Shown here: piece by piece, positions 17,145-26,853 of the stretch
Position numbering within the stretch: position 1 is the stretch's first letter
Layout: the number at the start of each line of letters is the position of its first letter
Origin: Candidatus Levyibacteriota bacterium
GTDB taxonomy: Bacteria; Patescibacteriota; Microgenomatia; Levybacterales; UBA12049
DNA length: 64,000 nucleotides
Reading direction: 5' to 3'
NCBI GenBank assembly: GCA_043823085.1
Contig: JBDRBE010000004.1
Location: 5,510-69,509 of the forward strand
The notes under the pieces: model-generated
Database searches by the model: none
Told to the model about the DNA's origin: nothing
The model's input: the letters and a program-made list of their open reading frames with translations, nothing else
Program-made: the position numbers and the translations under genes

Positions 17145-19094
17145 ATGTTTTTAAATTTCCTCGCAGTTTTTTTTAATTTCTTTTATTTTTTAATTGCAAT
17201 CTTTTTTGCTTTATATATTCCGGGAAATATTCTAAATAATAAAATTCTTCATGTCTTTGGAAGTAAATTTGAAAAAATCGTAGTTAATTTAATAGTTGGC
17301 TTAGTTTTATGGAGTTATCAAGGTTTTATTTTTGGATTTTTAGACTTAAGATTTTTATCATATTTTTATCTTGTGTTTTTCTTTTATCTTTGGGTTAGAA
17401 ATAAATCAATAAAAAATCTTAAGTCTCAACTGTTCGGTCTTATTAAAATAAAGCCAAATTATTTTCTTGCTGCAATTTTTATTTTAGGAATTTTTGGACA
17501 GGTTCAGCAATTTTTAATAACAGGATGGTCCTTTTCCAAAGGAATTTTTATTTTAACCGCATCAAGCGATGATGCTTTTTGGCATGCATCGCTTATCAAT
17601 CAAATTGTAAGCAGATTTCCTCCGATTGAACCTGGTTTGTCCGGAGTTTTAGTTCGTAACTATCATTATTTATCGAATTTAACTATCGCCGAATTCGTTA
17701 GGGTTTTTAATCTTCCGCTTCTTCCAACGCAATTTATTTATAGCTACTTATTAATTTCATTTCTTCTTGGTGCGGTAGCTTATGTGTTGGCGAAAACATT
17801 GAATTTTTCAAAAATAGGTATAATTTTACTTGTTTATTTTCAGTATTTTAATTCTGACATAATATATTTATTAACATTAGCTACGAGAAGATTAGTTGAG
17901 TTTAAAGTCTCTCCATTAGAAGATGGAACAATGCTTTTGGAAAATCCACCGAGAGCTTTTTCCTATGTTGTTTTACTTGCAGGAATTATTTTTCTTTTTT
18001 ATTGGTTGAAAACTAAAAATCTAAGATTCGGAATACTAATGGCATTGCTTTTTGGTTCATTAATTGGATTTAAGGTTAATACAGGAGTGCCTGCTCTTTT
18101 AGGTCTTTCTTTGCTTGGAATTTATTTTATCTTAAAGAAGGAAGTGAAAATGGTTTTTGTGCTTTTATTAACTGTATTTATAAGTTTTTGTATTTATTTA
18201 CCCGTAAATAGAGAAGCGGGATTTTTATTATTTGCACCTTTTGAAATGTCCAGAATGTTTATTGTTCAGCCTGGTTTAAATATCAGCCATTTTGAGCTAG
18301 CCAGAAGAATATATGCCAGTCATTTTAATTTTCTCCAGTCGATTAGAATGGATTTAACAATTTTTATTATTTTTTTCGTTTCCCAATTTGGAATTGCCAA
18401 TATTGGTTTTATTGCCGTTAAAAATATGCTTTTAAAATTTAACAAGCTTTTTGTGTTATTTATATATAGCACTATTTTATTTTCTATTATTTTGGGTACA
18501 TTTTTTATCCAGCCGGTAGCATTTTCTGATATTTTTAATTTTTATCTTACTTCAAGCCTGCTTTTATTTATCCCTTCGGCTTTTATATTGAGTTCGTTAT
18601 TTTTAAATAAAAGTAAATTATTAAAAGTGTCGGTTATAATCTTGATTTTACTTATGACAGTTCCTCGTTGGATCAATAAAACGCAATCTTTCGCAGGTTA
18701 TTTCAATTTAAATACGCCGGCTATTCCAAGAAATGAGCTTGATGCAATGCAATCTCTTCAAGATTTGACAAAATCAAATGAAATAGTATTAGTTTTTAAT
18801 AAAGGCCAGTGGGATTCGATGTATCCTTATGTAAGTATATTTACAAAAAGAGACATGTTTTTATCAGGACAAACAATTTTGTCAAGACATAGTATTCCTT
18901 TTGAAGATAGGGCAAAAATCGTAGAAAAAATAATTTCAAGTAAAGATATGGTTGAAATTAGAGGGATATTGATAGAAAATAAGATTGGCATCCTATATTT
19001 TTACGGCGAACCAAATTTATCTATAGATATTTCTAAAGTAGGAGTAAAGACGATTTTTAAAAACAATGCTATTAGCATTTATAGAGTAATTTAA
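17145..19094 (+). CDS. Large multi-pass membrane protein, probable GT-C glycosyltransferase
   Basis: DDAFWH, FPPIEPGLSG...YHY extracytoplasmic loop, more than 12 TMs, soluble C-terminal domain. Confidence 0.7.
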   Translation: MFLNFLAVFFNFFYFLIAIFFALYIPGNILNNKILHVFGSKFEKIVVNLIVGLVLWSYQGFIFGFLDLRFLSYFYLVFFFYLWVRNKSIKNLKSQLFGLIKIKPNYFLAAIFILGIFGQVQQFLITGWSFSKGIFILTASSDDAFWHASLINQIVSRFPPIEPGLSGVLVRNYHYLSNLTIAEFVRVFNLPLLPTQFIYSYLLISFLLGAVAYVLAKTLNFSKIGIILLVYFQYFNSDIIYLLTLATRRLVEFKVSPLEDGTMLLENPPRAFSYVVLLAGIIFLFYWLKTKNLRFGILMALLFGSLIGFKVNTGVPALLGLSLLGIYFILKKEVKMVFVLLLTVFISFCIYLPVNREAGFLLFAPFEMSRMFIVQPGLNISHFELARRIYASHFNFLQSIRMDLTIFIIFFVSQFGIANIGFIAVKNMLLKFNKLFVLFIYSTILFSIILGTFFIQPVAFSDIFNFYLTSSLLLFIPSAFILSSLFLNKSKLLKVSVIILILLMTVPRWINKTQSFAGYFNLNTPAIPRNELDAMQSLQDLTKSNEIVLVFNKGQWDSMYPYVSIFTKRDMFLSGQTILSRHSIPFEDRAKIVEKIISSKDMVEIRGILIENKIGILYFYGEPNLSIDISKVGVKTIFKNNAISIYRVI

Positions 19095-19098
19095 AAAT

Positions 19099-19863
19099 AT
19101 GAAACTTTCAGCGATTGTTATTGCCAAAAACGAAGAGAATATGATTGCGGATTGCTTAGATAGTCTTTCGTTTTGCGATGAGGTTATCGTTATTGATAAT
19201 GGATCAACTGATCGGACATCGGAAATTGCCAAAAAAATGGGAGCAGAGATATTTATCTGTCAAACAGATGATTTTTCAGAGATGAGAAATTTTGGTCTAT
19301 CTAAGGCAAAAAATGAATGGATTTTATATGTGGATGCGGATGAGCGCGTCACAAGTGAGCTTGTACACGATATCAAATATCAAATATTAAATATCAAAGA
19401 CGTAAATATCACTGCGTTTAATATTAAGAGAAAGAATTTTTATTTTGGTTCGCAAGCGGAGAATGAGTGGCCGTACATAGAACATTTAGAGAGACTGTTT
19501 AAAAAAGAAAATCTGAAAGGTTGGAGGGGAAAACTTCATGAGAGTCCTATTATTGAGGGTAAAGTGGGGGAGTTAGAGGGATTTTTATTGCATTATACTC
19601 ATCAGGATCTTTCTTCAATGCTGGAAAAAACCATCGAGTGGTCAAAAACAGAGGCAGAGTTAAGATTAAAAGCAAATCATCCCAAAATGACCTGGTGGCG
19701 GTTTCCCAGGGTAATGGTAAGTGCTTTTTTAAATTCTTATATCAGGCAAGGCGGATGGAAAGTCGGAACAATGGGGTTAGTTGAAAGCATTTATCAATCT
19801 TTTAGTATTTTTATAACCTACGCCAGGCTTTGGGAGTTACAAAATAGAGAAAATGCAAATTAA
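19099..19863 (+). CDS. GT2 glycosyltransferase (WaaE/KdtX-like)
   Basis: LSAIVIAKNEE, IDNGSTD, RNFGL, WILYVDADERVT, LHE, LHYTH. Confidence 0.9.
   Translation: MKLSAIVIAKNEENMIADCLDSLSFCDEVIVIDNGSTDRTSEIAKKMGAEIFICQTDDFSEMRNFGLSKAKNEWILYVDADERVTSELVHDIKYQILNIKDVNITAFNIKRKNFYFGSQAENEWPYIEHLERLFKKENLKGWRGKLHESPIIEGKVGELEGFLLHYTHQDLSSMLEKTIEWSKTEAELRLKANHPKMTWWRFPRVMVSAFLNSYIRQGGWKVGTMGLVESIYQSFSIFITYARLWELQNRENAN
19370..19397 (+). repeat. 7-bp tandem array x4 inside a CDS (IKYQILNIK)
   Basis: atatcaa atatcaa atattaa atatcaa. Confidence 0.8.
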
Positions 19864-22198
19864 AATTAAAAAATTTTTAATTACTTTTTGGCCGGTTATT
19901 TTTATTTTTTTTGTTTGGTTTATTTTTGCCAGCCCATATTTTTTAAAAGCAAGTGTTCCATTCTCGTCGACTTATCAAGTTAATTTTTTTCCTCCCTGGA
20001 ATGCTTACCCTCAATTTGGAAGTCCTATTAAAAATAACGCCATGCCGGATGTAATTAACCAAATATATCCTTGGAGACATTTGGCTATTGAAATCTGGAG
20101 AAGTGGTCAAATTCCACTTTGGAATCAATACAGTTTTTCGGGCACGCCCCTTTTGGCAAATTACCAGTCTGCTGTTTTGTCGCCCTTTAATGTTTTGTTT
20201 TTTGTTTTGCCTTTTGTTGATGCCTGGAGCGTTCTTGTTTTACTTCAACCTTTATTGGCAGGATTTTTTATGTATTTATTGTTGAGAAGTTTAGGAAGAA
20301 GTAACTCTGCAAGTACGATTGGTTCGATTTCATTTATGTTTTGCGGTTTTATTACTACTTGGCTTGGATACGCAACGCTTGGGTATGCAATTTTATTTTT
20401 GCCCTTATCAATTTACGCTATTGAAAATTATTATAATTCAAATAGGTTACGATTCTTATTCTTACTTTCTATAACTATTCCTCTCTCTTTTTTTAGCGGA
20501 CATTTCCAGATAAGTATTTATTTTTTTATTCTTACAGTTATATATATTTTTTATAAATCTATTTCGACAAAAAAGATGCGTAACAATTTGTTTTTAATGC
20601 TTTATGTTTTTTTTGGCCTACTTCTCTCACTCCCGCAGATTCTGCCTTCTATTGAATTTTATTTTCAAGCTGTTAGAAGTAATATCTTTGAAAAGGCAGA
20701 GGCTATTCCTTGGCAGTATGTTTCTACATTTTTAGCTCCTGATTTTTTTGGCAACCCGGTGACAAGAAATGATTGGTTCGGTCATTATGCGGAATGGAAT
20801 GCTTATCTAGGAATTATCCCGTTCTTATTGGTTATTTACAGTTTATTGATCAAAAAAAGATTTCATACAATTTTTTTATTCATTCTTGGTATTTTAGTAC
20901 TTTTTTTAGCATTTGATACGCCAATTCTTGATTTAATGGTCAATTTGCATATCCCAGTGCTGGCAACGAGTGCCGCCAGTCGAATTATAGTAGTTTTTAG
21001 TTTCTTATTTGCGATTCTTGCGGCTTATGGATGCGATGATTTAATTAAAGATATTAATAAAGAGAAGATAAAGAAAATATCAATGTGGTTATTTATTTTT
21101 TTTCTTGCGTTTTCTTTCATGTGGTCAATTATTTTTCTTAAACTTTTTATGCCGCTTGATAAAATTAGTATCGCCAAAAGTAATCTCATTTTGCCCACAA
21201 TTATATTTTTATTTTTTGCTTTCTCAATTTTTTTGATGGTTTTTTTAAAACATCAAAAAAAGCCTCTCTTATTTATATTCCCTTTTATAATTATCGCTCT
21301 TATTGCATTTGATATGCTTCGATTTGCAACAAAGTGGCAGGCTTTTGACCCGAAAAATTTAGTTTTTGCTAATGTTGGAATTGCTGAAGGTTTTTCAAAA
21401 ATTGCCGGTTACCAAAGAGTTCTCGGAAACTTCGGAGCTGAAGCTTCGGTTTATTATCATCTACCATCAGTTGAAGGTTATGATTCTTTATATAGTGAAA
21501 GATATGGAGAATTTATGTCCACTTTGAATGATGGTAAAATTCAAAAAATTGGCAGGACTGTGGTTTCTTTTTCCAAAAACGATCTTTATACAAAGAAAGC
21601 AATAGATCTTCTTGGAATTAAATATATCGTTCATAAAATTGCAGATACGAATAAGGTTTGGACATTTCCTTATTGGTTATATCCGAAAAACATTTTTAAA
21701 TTGGTCTATTCAGACGATAAATATCAAATTTATGAAAATACGGATGTTTTACCTCGAGCTTTTCTGGTTCAAAACTATAGAGTTGTAAATTCTCCTCAAA
21801 AAATAATTGATGCAATACTTAGTGATAATTTTGACTTGAGAAAGGAAGTGGTTTTAGAGGAAAATCCTCAAATCAAAAATGTTGAGAATATAAAGGGTAA
21901 AGCAGAAATAATTAGTTATATAGATAATAAAATTAAAGTTAAAACAAATGCCGATAACGATTCGCTTTTATTTCTTTCGGATAGTTTTTACCCAGGTTGG
22001 AAAGCTTTTGTCGACGGAAAGGAAACAAAAATTTATCGTGCAGATTATGCGTTTAGAGCGGTTGCTGTTCTAAAAGGAGAGCATTTGGTTGAATTTATAT
22101 ATGATCCTTTTAGTTTCAAAATTGGAGTTTATAGTGCTATTTTGGGTTTAATTTTTATATTTGGGATACCTTCGGTATGGAGGAAAAAATTTATTTAG
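19853..22198 (+). CDS. YfhO-like GT-C membrane protein
   Basis: IPLWNQYSFSGTPLLANYQS, GHFQ, PDFFGNP, EGYDSL, LPRAF, YPGWKAFVDGKE...FRAV. Confidence 0.85.
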   Translation: MQIKIKKFLITFWPVIFIFFVWFIFASPYFLKASVPFSSTYQVNFFPPWNAYPQFGSPIKNNAMPDVINQIYPWRHLAIEIWRSGQIPLWNQYSFSGTPLLANYQSAVLSPFNVLFFVLPFVDAWSVLVLLQPLLAGFFMYLLLRSLGRSNSASTIGSISFMFCGFITTWLGYATLGYAILFLPLSIYAIENYYNSNRLRFLFLLSITIPLSFFSGHFQISIYFFILTVIYIFYKSISTKKMRNNLFLMLYVFFGLLLSLPQILPSIEFYFQAVRSNIFEKAEAIPWQYVSTFLAPDFFGNPVTRNDWFGHYAEWNAYLGIIPFLLVIYSLLIKKRFHTIFLFILGILVLFLAFDTPILDLMVNLHIPVLATSAASRIIVVFSFLFAILAAYGCDDLIKDINKEKIKKISMWLFIFFLAFSFMWSIIFLKLFMPLDKISIAKSNLILPTIIFLFFAFSIFLMVFLKHQKKPLLFIFPFIIIALIAFDMLRFATKWQAFDPKNLVFANVGIAEGFSKIAGYQRVLGNFGAEASVYYHLPSVEGYDSLYSERYGEFMSTLNDGKIQKIGRTVVSFSKNDLYTKKAIDLLGIKYIVHKIADTNKVWTFPYWLYPKNIFKLVYSDDKYQIYENTDVLPRAFLVQNYRVVNSPQKIIDAILSDNFDLRKEVVLEENPQIKNVENIKGKAEIISYIDNKIKVKTNADNDSLLFLSDSFYPGWKAFVDGKETKIYRADYAFRAVAVLKGEHLVEFIYDPFSFKIGVYSAILGLIFIFGIPSVWRKKFI

Positions 22199-22427
22199 AC
22201 CTCGGAAATTTAAGATCGCTTAACTTCATTTTGACTTTGGCGAAACCAAAAAGATAAACAATCTCAAGAATTCCAACCGTGTTTAAAACAAGAATTGCAA
22301 TAAACCAATAGAGCTGATTGTATTTTGATGCTTTCCAAAGCGCAAGTCCTTTCCAAAACAAAGACCATACAAGTACTATATAAAAATATATTGACGGCAG
22401 TTGAGGAAATCCTCCCAATAAATCCAT
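22191..22427 (-). CDS. Small membrane protein, DUF5652-like
   Basis: WSLFWKGLALWKAS...WFIAILVLNTVGILEIVYL pattern; fills the gap between + strand genes. Confidence 0.8.
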   Translation of the reverse strand: MDLLGGFPQLPSIYFYIVLVWSLFWKGLALWKASKYNQLYWFIAILVLNTVGILEIVYLFGFAKVKMKLSDLKFPRSK

Positions 22428-22456
22428 AAGCAGATGCTAACATAGTAAAAAAAGCT

Positions 22457-22484
22457 TTGCAAGAGGCAAAAAAGTTGATAGAAT
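22457..22484 (+). promoter_or_regulatory. Sigma70-type promoter, probably leaderless, for the GT4 gene
   Basis: TTGCAA, 16-nt spacer, then TAGAAT preceded by TGn, 6 nt before GTG 22491. Confidence 0.5.
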
Positions 22485-22490
22485 TATGAA

Positions 22491-23561
22491 GTGAGAATTG
22501 GAATTTACGATCCTTATCTTCGAGGATTAGAGGGTGGAGAAAAGTACATGCTGACGATTGCCTCTTGTTTGTCAAAGAGTCATAATGTTAGTGTTTTTTG
22601 GGATGAGAAATTAATTTTAGATAGAGCAAGCGAAAAATTTGCCATAGATCTTAAAAAAGTTGGATTAGATAAAAATTTTTTTTCCGCAGACTTTAATACT
22701 TTCCAAAGAATAAAAGAACTTAGAAAATATGATAGAATAATTTTTTTAAGCGACGGGAGCATTCCTTTTATATTTTCCAAAAAACTAATTCTTCATTTTC
22801 AGTTTCCCGTCGAGTGGATTAGTCCATCATTAAAGACAAAATTTAAACTTTCCCGCGTAAAAAAAATTATTTGCAACTCTTATTTCACAAAGTTTTATAT
22901 TGATAATAAATTCAATGTAAACAGTGTTGTATTATACCCTCCGGTAGAGATAAAATACGACAATAAAATTAAAAAAGAAAATATCATCCTCCACATGGGA
23001 AGATTTGGGAGAACGATTGAAGGAGCAAACTATAAAAAACAAGATGTTATGATTAAAACTTTTTGTCAGATGATTGATGATGGTTTAAAGGACTGGAGAT
23101 TTGTTCTTGTTGTTGGTGTAAAAGAAGAAGATGAGGTGCGATTCCAAAGTTTAAAAAAAATGGCCACTGGTTATCCGATAGAATTTATTAAAAATCCTAC
23201 AAACAGTAAATTATGGGAAAATTATTCAAAGGCAAAAATCTATTGGCATGCGAGCGGTTTTGGTGAGGATTTAAAAAAACATCCAGAATACGCCGAGCAT
23301 TTTGGCATCTCAACTGTTGAAGCAATGGGTGCAGGATGTGTGCCCATAGTTATCAATGAAGGAGGACAAAAAGAAATAGTTGAGGATAATAAAAGTGGCT
23401 TTTTGTGGAATTCACTTGAACAATTAAAAAAACAAACATCAGAATTAATTAAAGATGGCGATTTATGGGAGAGATTATCAAAAGGATCAAAAAAAAGAGC
23501 GGAAATCTTTAGCGGTAATAGATTTTGTCGTGAAATTAACGAAATTATTGATGAAAAATAA
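22491..23561 (+). CDS. GT4 glycosyltransferase (Alg11-like motif)
   Basis: GGEKY, NSYFT, VLYPPV, GRF, KKQD, EHFGISTVEAMGAG. Confidence 0.9.
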   Translation: MRIGIYDPYLRGLEGGEKYMLTIASCLSKSHNVSVFWDEKLILDRASEKFAIDLKKVGLDKNFFSADFNTFQRIKELRKYDRIIFLSDGSIPFIFSKKLILHFQFPVEWISPSLKTKFKLSRVKKIICNSYFTKFYIDNKFNVNSVVLYPPVEIKYDNKIKKENIILHMGRFGRTIEGANYKKQDVMIKTFCQMIDDGLKDWRFVLVVGVKEEDEVRFQSLKKMATGYPIEFIKNPTNSKLWENYSKAKIYWHASGFGEDLKKHPEYAEHFGISTVEAMGAGCVPIVINEGGQKEIVEDNKSGFLWNSLEQLKKQTSELIKDGDLWERLSKGSKKRAEIFSGNRFCREINEIIDEK

Positions 23562-25830
23562 ATTTTTACCTCTGGTTTTTATTTGTGTTGTTTTTTTTAT
23601 TTTCTTTAGGTCCTTTCTTTTTCAAGGAAGATTACCCATCCCTTCAGATACTATTATTGGACTTTATCATCCTTTCCGCGATTATTACGCAAAAGAGTAT
23701 CCAAACGGAATTCCTTTTAAAAATTTTCTCATAACAGATCCTGTAAGACAGCAGTATCCTTGGCGAAATTTAGTAGTTACGCTTGAGAAAAAATTAGAAC
23801 TGCCTCTTTGGAATCCTTATTCATTTTCGGGAATGCCGCTTTTAGCAAATTTTCAGTCAGCTGTTTTTTATCCATTAAATTTTTTATTTTTTATTTTTCC
23901 TTTTTATCTTGCCTGGAGCATCTTGATTTTCTTGCAGCCATTAATGGCGTGCGTTTTTTTATATTTCTTTTTAAGAAACTTAAAAATCGAGAAATTACCA
24001 AGTTTATTTGGTTCGATGACATTTGCATTTTCCGGTTTTTTTATTGCGTGGCTTGAATGGGGAACGGTAATTCATACAGCTTTATGGTTGCCTTTAATAT
24101 TATTGTCGATAGACAAAATATTTATAAACTCAAAACTACAACTCAAAAATAAAAGCTTATTGCTCTGGACCCTTATTTTCATTTTTTCTCTTGTTTCTTC
24201 TTTTTTTGCAGGGCATCTTCAGACTTTTTTTTATCTTTTTATTTTTTCAGTGGTATTTCTGTTGATCAGATGGTGGCAGTACGGGAGGAATAAAAAAGCG
24301 GTTTTGCTATTTGCTATTTGCTTCCTGCTATTTGCTATTTTAACTTCAATTCAATGGGCGCCAACGTTGCAATTAATAGGTTTTTCTTCAAGAAGTATTG
24401 ATCAGTCATGGCATGATCCCGGATGGTTTATTCCCTGGCAAAATTTAGTGCAGTTTTTGATTCCCGATTTTTTTGGTAATCCGGCAACGTTAAATTATTG
24501 GGGGGTTTGGAATTACGGGGAATTTATAGGGTATGTAGGATTGCTTCCGTTAATGATGGCAATATTTGCTCTTTTTTTCAGGCGAGACAAAAAAACCTTA
24601 TTTTTTGGATTCTTATTTTTTCTCTCTTTGATTTTTTCATTGCCTACAATTTTTGCAAAGGCTCCATTTTTTCTAAAAATTCCATTTATTAGTACGTCTC
24701 AACCAACAAGACTTTTATTCATTACTGATTTTTGTTTGGCAGTTTTATCTGCAGTAGGCTTTGAACATTTTTTAAAAAACAAAAAAGGAATATTCTACGT
24801 TTTGGGATTTATCGGTTTTATTTTTGTTTCAGTTTGGGCATTTATTGTTATTGGAAAAGGTTTTAAAATCATAACTTTTGAGAATTTGAGTATCGCAAAA
24901 AATAATCTATTGCTTCCCACGGTTTTGTTTATTTTTTTCTTTATTCTAATATCAATTTATAAATTGTATCCCCAAAAAAATAAATATAGATTATTTATTT
25001 TATTAATAATTCCATATATTATGCTGTTTGGATTAATTTTTGATTTAGTACGTTTTGGGTGGAAGTTTACCCCTTTTAATCCAAAAGATTATCTTTTTCC
25101 GCAAACCTCAACAATCAAATTCTTGAAGGAACAGGAGGGACTTTTTAGAATTATGTCAAGCGATAGTACTATACTTCCGCCAAATTTTTCCGTTTTTTTC
25201 CGCTTGCAAAGCGTTGACGGGTATGATCCGTTGTATATTCAAAGATATGCGGAGTTAATGGCGGCTTATGGAAGAATGAAGCCTGATATTCACGAGCCTT
25301 TTGGATTTAATCGTATAATTACTCCGCAAAATCAGGGACGCATTATGAATTTTTTAGGCGTTAAGTATGTTATTAGCGGAAAAAGTAATTTTCCTCCGGA
25401 AAATTTAGAAAAAGTTTTTAGCGAAGGAGAGATCACGGTTTACAAAAACAAAGAAGCATTTGATAGATTCTTCTTTGTGGCAGATACAATAGTTGTTAAA
25501 GACAAGCAGTCTGCAATTGAAGCGATGTTCGATACAAACTATCTTCTTAATGAGAGAGCAATAATCGAGAATACTAATGAGCAGAAACTTATTAACGCAA
25601 ATTGGTCAAAAGGCAGCGTTGTCTTATTAAAATATACTGAAAATAAAGTTTTAATAAAAACATACAATAAAGGAAATGGGTTTTTGGTTTTTACCGATAC
25701 TTATTATCCTACTTGGCATGTTAGAATTGATGGAGTAGAAACGAAAATATATTTGACTGATTTTAATTTCCGGGGAATAATTGTCCCTAAGGGAACGCAC
25801 ATGATAGAGTTTTCTGATTCATTATTTTAA
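23551..25830 (+). CDS. YfhO-like GT-C membrane protein
   Basis: LPLWNPYSFSGMPLLANFQS, GHLQ, PDFFGNP, DGYDPL, YYPTW, VPKGTH. Start moved to ATG 23551, which overlaps the upstream stop. Confidence 0.85.
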   Translation: MKNKFLPLVFICVVFFIFFRSFLFQGRLPIPSDTIIGLYHPFRDYYAKEYPNGIPFKNFLITDPVRQQYPWRNLVVTLEKKLELPLWNPYSFSGMPLLANFQSAVFYPLNFLFFIFPFYLAWSILIFLQPLMACVFLYFFLRNLKIEKLPSLFGSMTFAFSGFFIAWLEWGTVIHTALWLPLILLSIDKIFINSKLQLKNKSLLLWTLIFIFSLVSSFFAGHLQTFFYLFIFSVVFLLIRWWQYGRNKKAVLLFAICFLLFAILTSIQWAPTLQLIGFSSRSIDQSWHDPGWFIPWQNLVQFLIPDFFGNPATLNYWGVWNYGEFIGYVGLLPLMMAIFALFFRRDKKTLFFGFLFFLSLIFSLPTIFAKAPFFLKIPFISTSQPTRLLFITDFCLAVLSAVGFEHFLKNKKGIFYVLGFIGFIFVSVWAFIVIGKGFKIITFENLSIAKNNLLLPTVLFIFFFILISIYKLYPQKNKYRLFILLIIPYIMLFGLIFDLVRFGWKFTPFNPKDYLFPQTSTIKFLKEQEGLFRIMSSDSTILPPNFSVFFRLQSVDGYDPLYIQRYAELMAAYGRMKPDIHEPFGFNRIITPQNQGRIMNFLGVKYVISGKSNFPPENLEKVFSEGEITVYKNKEAFDRFFFVADTIVVKDKQSAIEAMFDTNYLLNERAIIENTNEQKLINANWSKGSVVLLKYTENKVLIKTYNKGNGFLVFTDTYYPTWHVRIDGVETKIYLTDFNFRGIIVPKGTHMIEFSDSLF
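24305..24339 (+). repeat. 7-bp tandem array x5 inside a CDS (LLFAICFLLFAI)
   Basis: tgctatt tgctatt tgcttcc tgctatt tgctatt. Confidence 0.85.
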
Positions 25831-25833
25831 CTT

Positions 25834-26781
25834 ATGAATATCAGTATTGTTATTCCGAATTATAATGGGGAAGAGTTATTAGAAAAGAATTTACCAAAAG
25901 TAATAGAAGCAATTTCCGAGTATAATGGCGGCGAGATTGAATTTGTTATAGTCGATGACGGTTCGACGGATGATTCAATTGAGAAAATCAAAAATCAAAA
26001 ATCAAAAATCAAAAATACAAATGTAAAATTAAAAATTATTGAAAATTCGAAGAATTTAGGATTTTCCTCAACAGTTAATCGTGGAGTAAAAGAGTCAATG
26101 GGGGAGATTATTATTCTGCTCAATACAGATGTTATACCAGAGAAGAATTTTTTAGGACCTCTTCTTTTGCATTTTAACGATCCAAATGTTTTTGCTGTTG
26201 GATGTATGGATAAAAGCATAGAGGATGGTAAGGTTATTTTGCGAGGCAGGGGGATTGGCAGATGGGAGAGAGGATTTTTTGTTCACAAGAGAGGGGAGGT
26301 TGATAAGAAAGATACGCTTTGGGTCAATGGGGGCAGTGGCGCTTTTAGGAAATCAATTTGGGATAAGATTGGAGGTTTCAATGAACTTTATAATCCTTTT
26401 TATTGGGAAGATATTGATCTTTCCTATCGTGCACAAAAAATGGGCTATAAAATATTATTTGAACCCAAAAGTATAGTTGTTCACGAGCATGAGAAAGGGA
26501 TTATTAAGAAGAAAATGTCTTTATCAAAAATTAAAACAGTCGCCTATCGGAATCAAATAATTTTTACTTGGTTAAACATCACCGATTTAGATTGGCAGTT
26601 TCAGCATTTTTTTTGGTTGCCCTATCATCTCTTTAAATCTTTGATACACAGGAACAGGGAGTTTTTAATTGGTTTTTTTCAAGCTCTAATTTTACTTCCA
26701 AAGATTATAAAAACATCTTCCAAAATACAGAAGTTATTCGTAAAAAAAGATAAGGAAATTATTGGAGATTTTTTAGAATGA
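25834..26781 (+). CDS. GT2 glycosyltransferase
   Basis: ISIVIPNYNG, VDDGSTD, NLGFSSTVNRG, LLNTD, YWEDIDLSYR. Confidence 0.9.
   Translation: MNISIVIPNYNGEELLEKNLPKVIEAISEYNGGEIEFVIVDDGSTDDSIEKIKNQKSKIKNTNVKLKIIENSKNLGFSSTVNRGVKESMGEIIILLNTDVIPEKNFLGPLLLHFNDPNVFAVGCMDKSIEDGKVILRGRGIGRWERGFFVHKRGEVDKKDTLWVNGGSGAFRKSIWDKIGGFNELYNPFYWEDIDLSYRAQKMGYKILFEPKSIVVHEHEKGIIKKKMSLSKIKTVAYRNQIIFTWLNITDLDWQFQHFFWLPYHLFKSLIHRNREFLIGFFQALILLPKIIKTSSKIQKLFVKKDKEIIGDFLE
25984..26018 (+). repeat. 7-bp tandem array inside a CDS (KIKNQKSKIKN)
   Basis: aaaatca x4 perfect, then aaaatac. Confidence 0.9.
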
Positions 26782-26850
26782 CCCTTCGACTTTACTCAGG
26801 CCTTTGGCTCTGAGGCTCAGGCTCGAAGAGGTCATAGTGAGTTAATCGAA
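26778..26850. repeat. Intergenic composite palindromic element (REP-like)
   Basis: atgacc-cttcga...tcgaag-a-ggtcat stem; alternative pairing ttcgactttactca/tgagttaatcgaa; shares cccttcgact..nctcagg with 16349-16367. Confidence 0.75.
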
Positions 26851-26853
26851 TCT

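Noticed and set aside
24126-24150. Weak heptamer-like remnants (NSKLQLK here; also near 11221, 17414 and 36030)
   Set aside because: Only 2-3 degenerate units, which cannot be told from chance by eye, so they are not counted as arrays.
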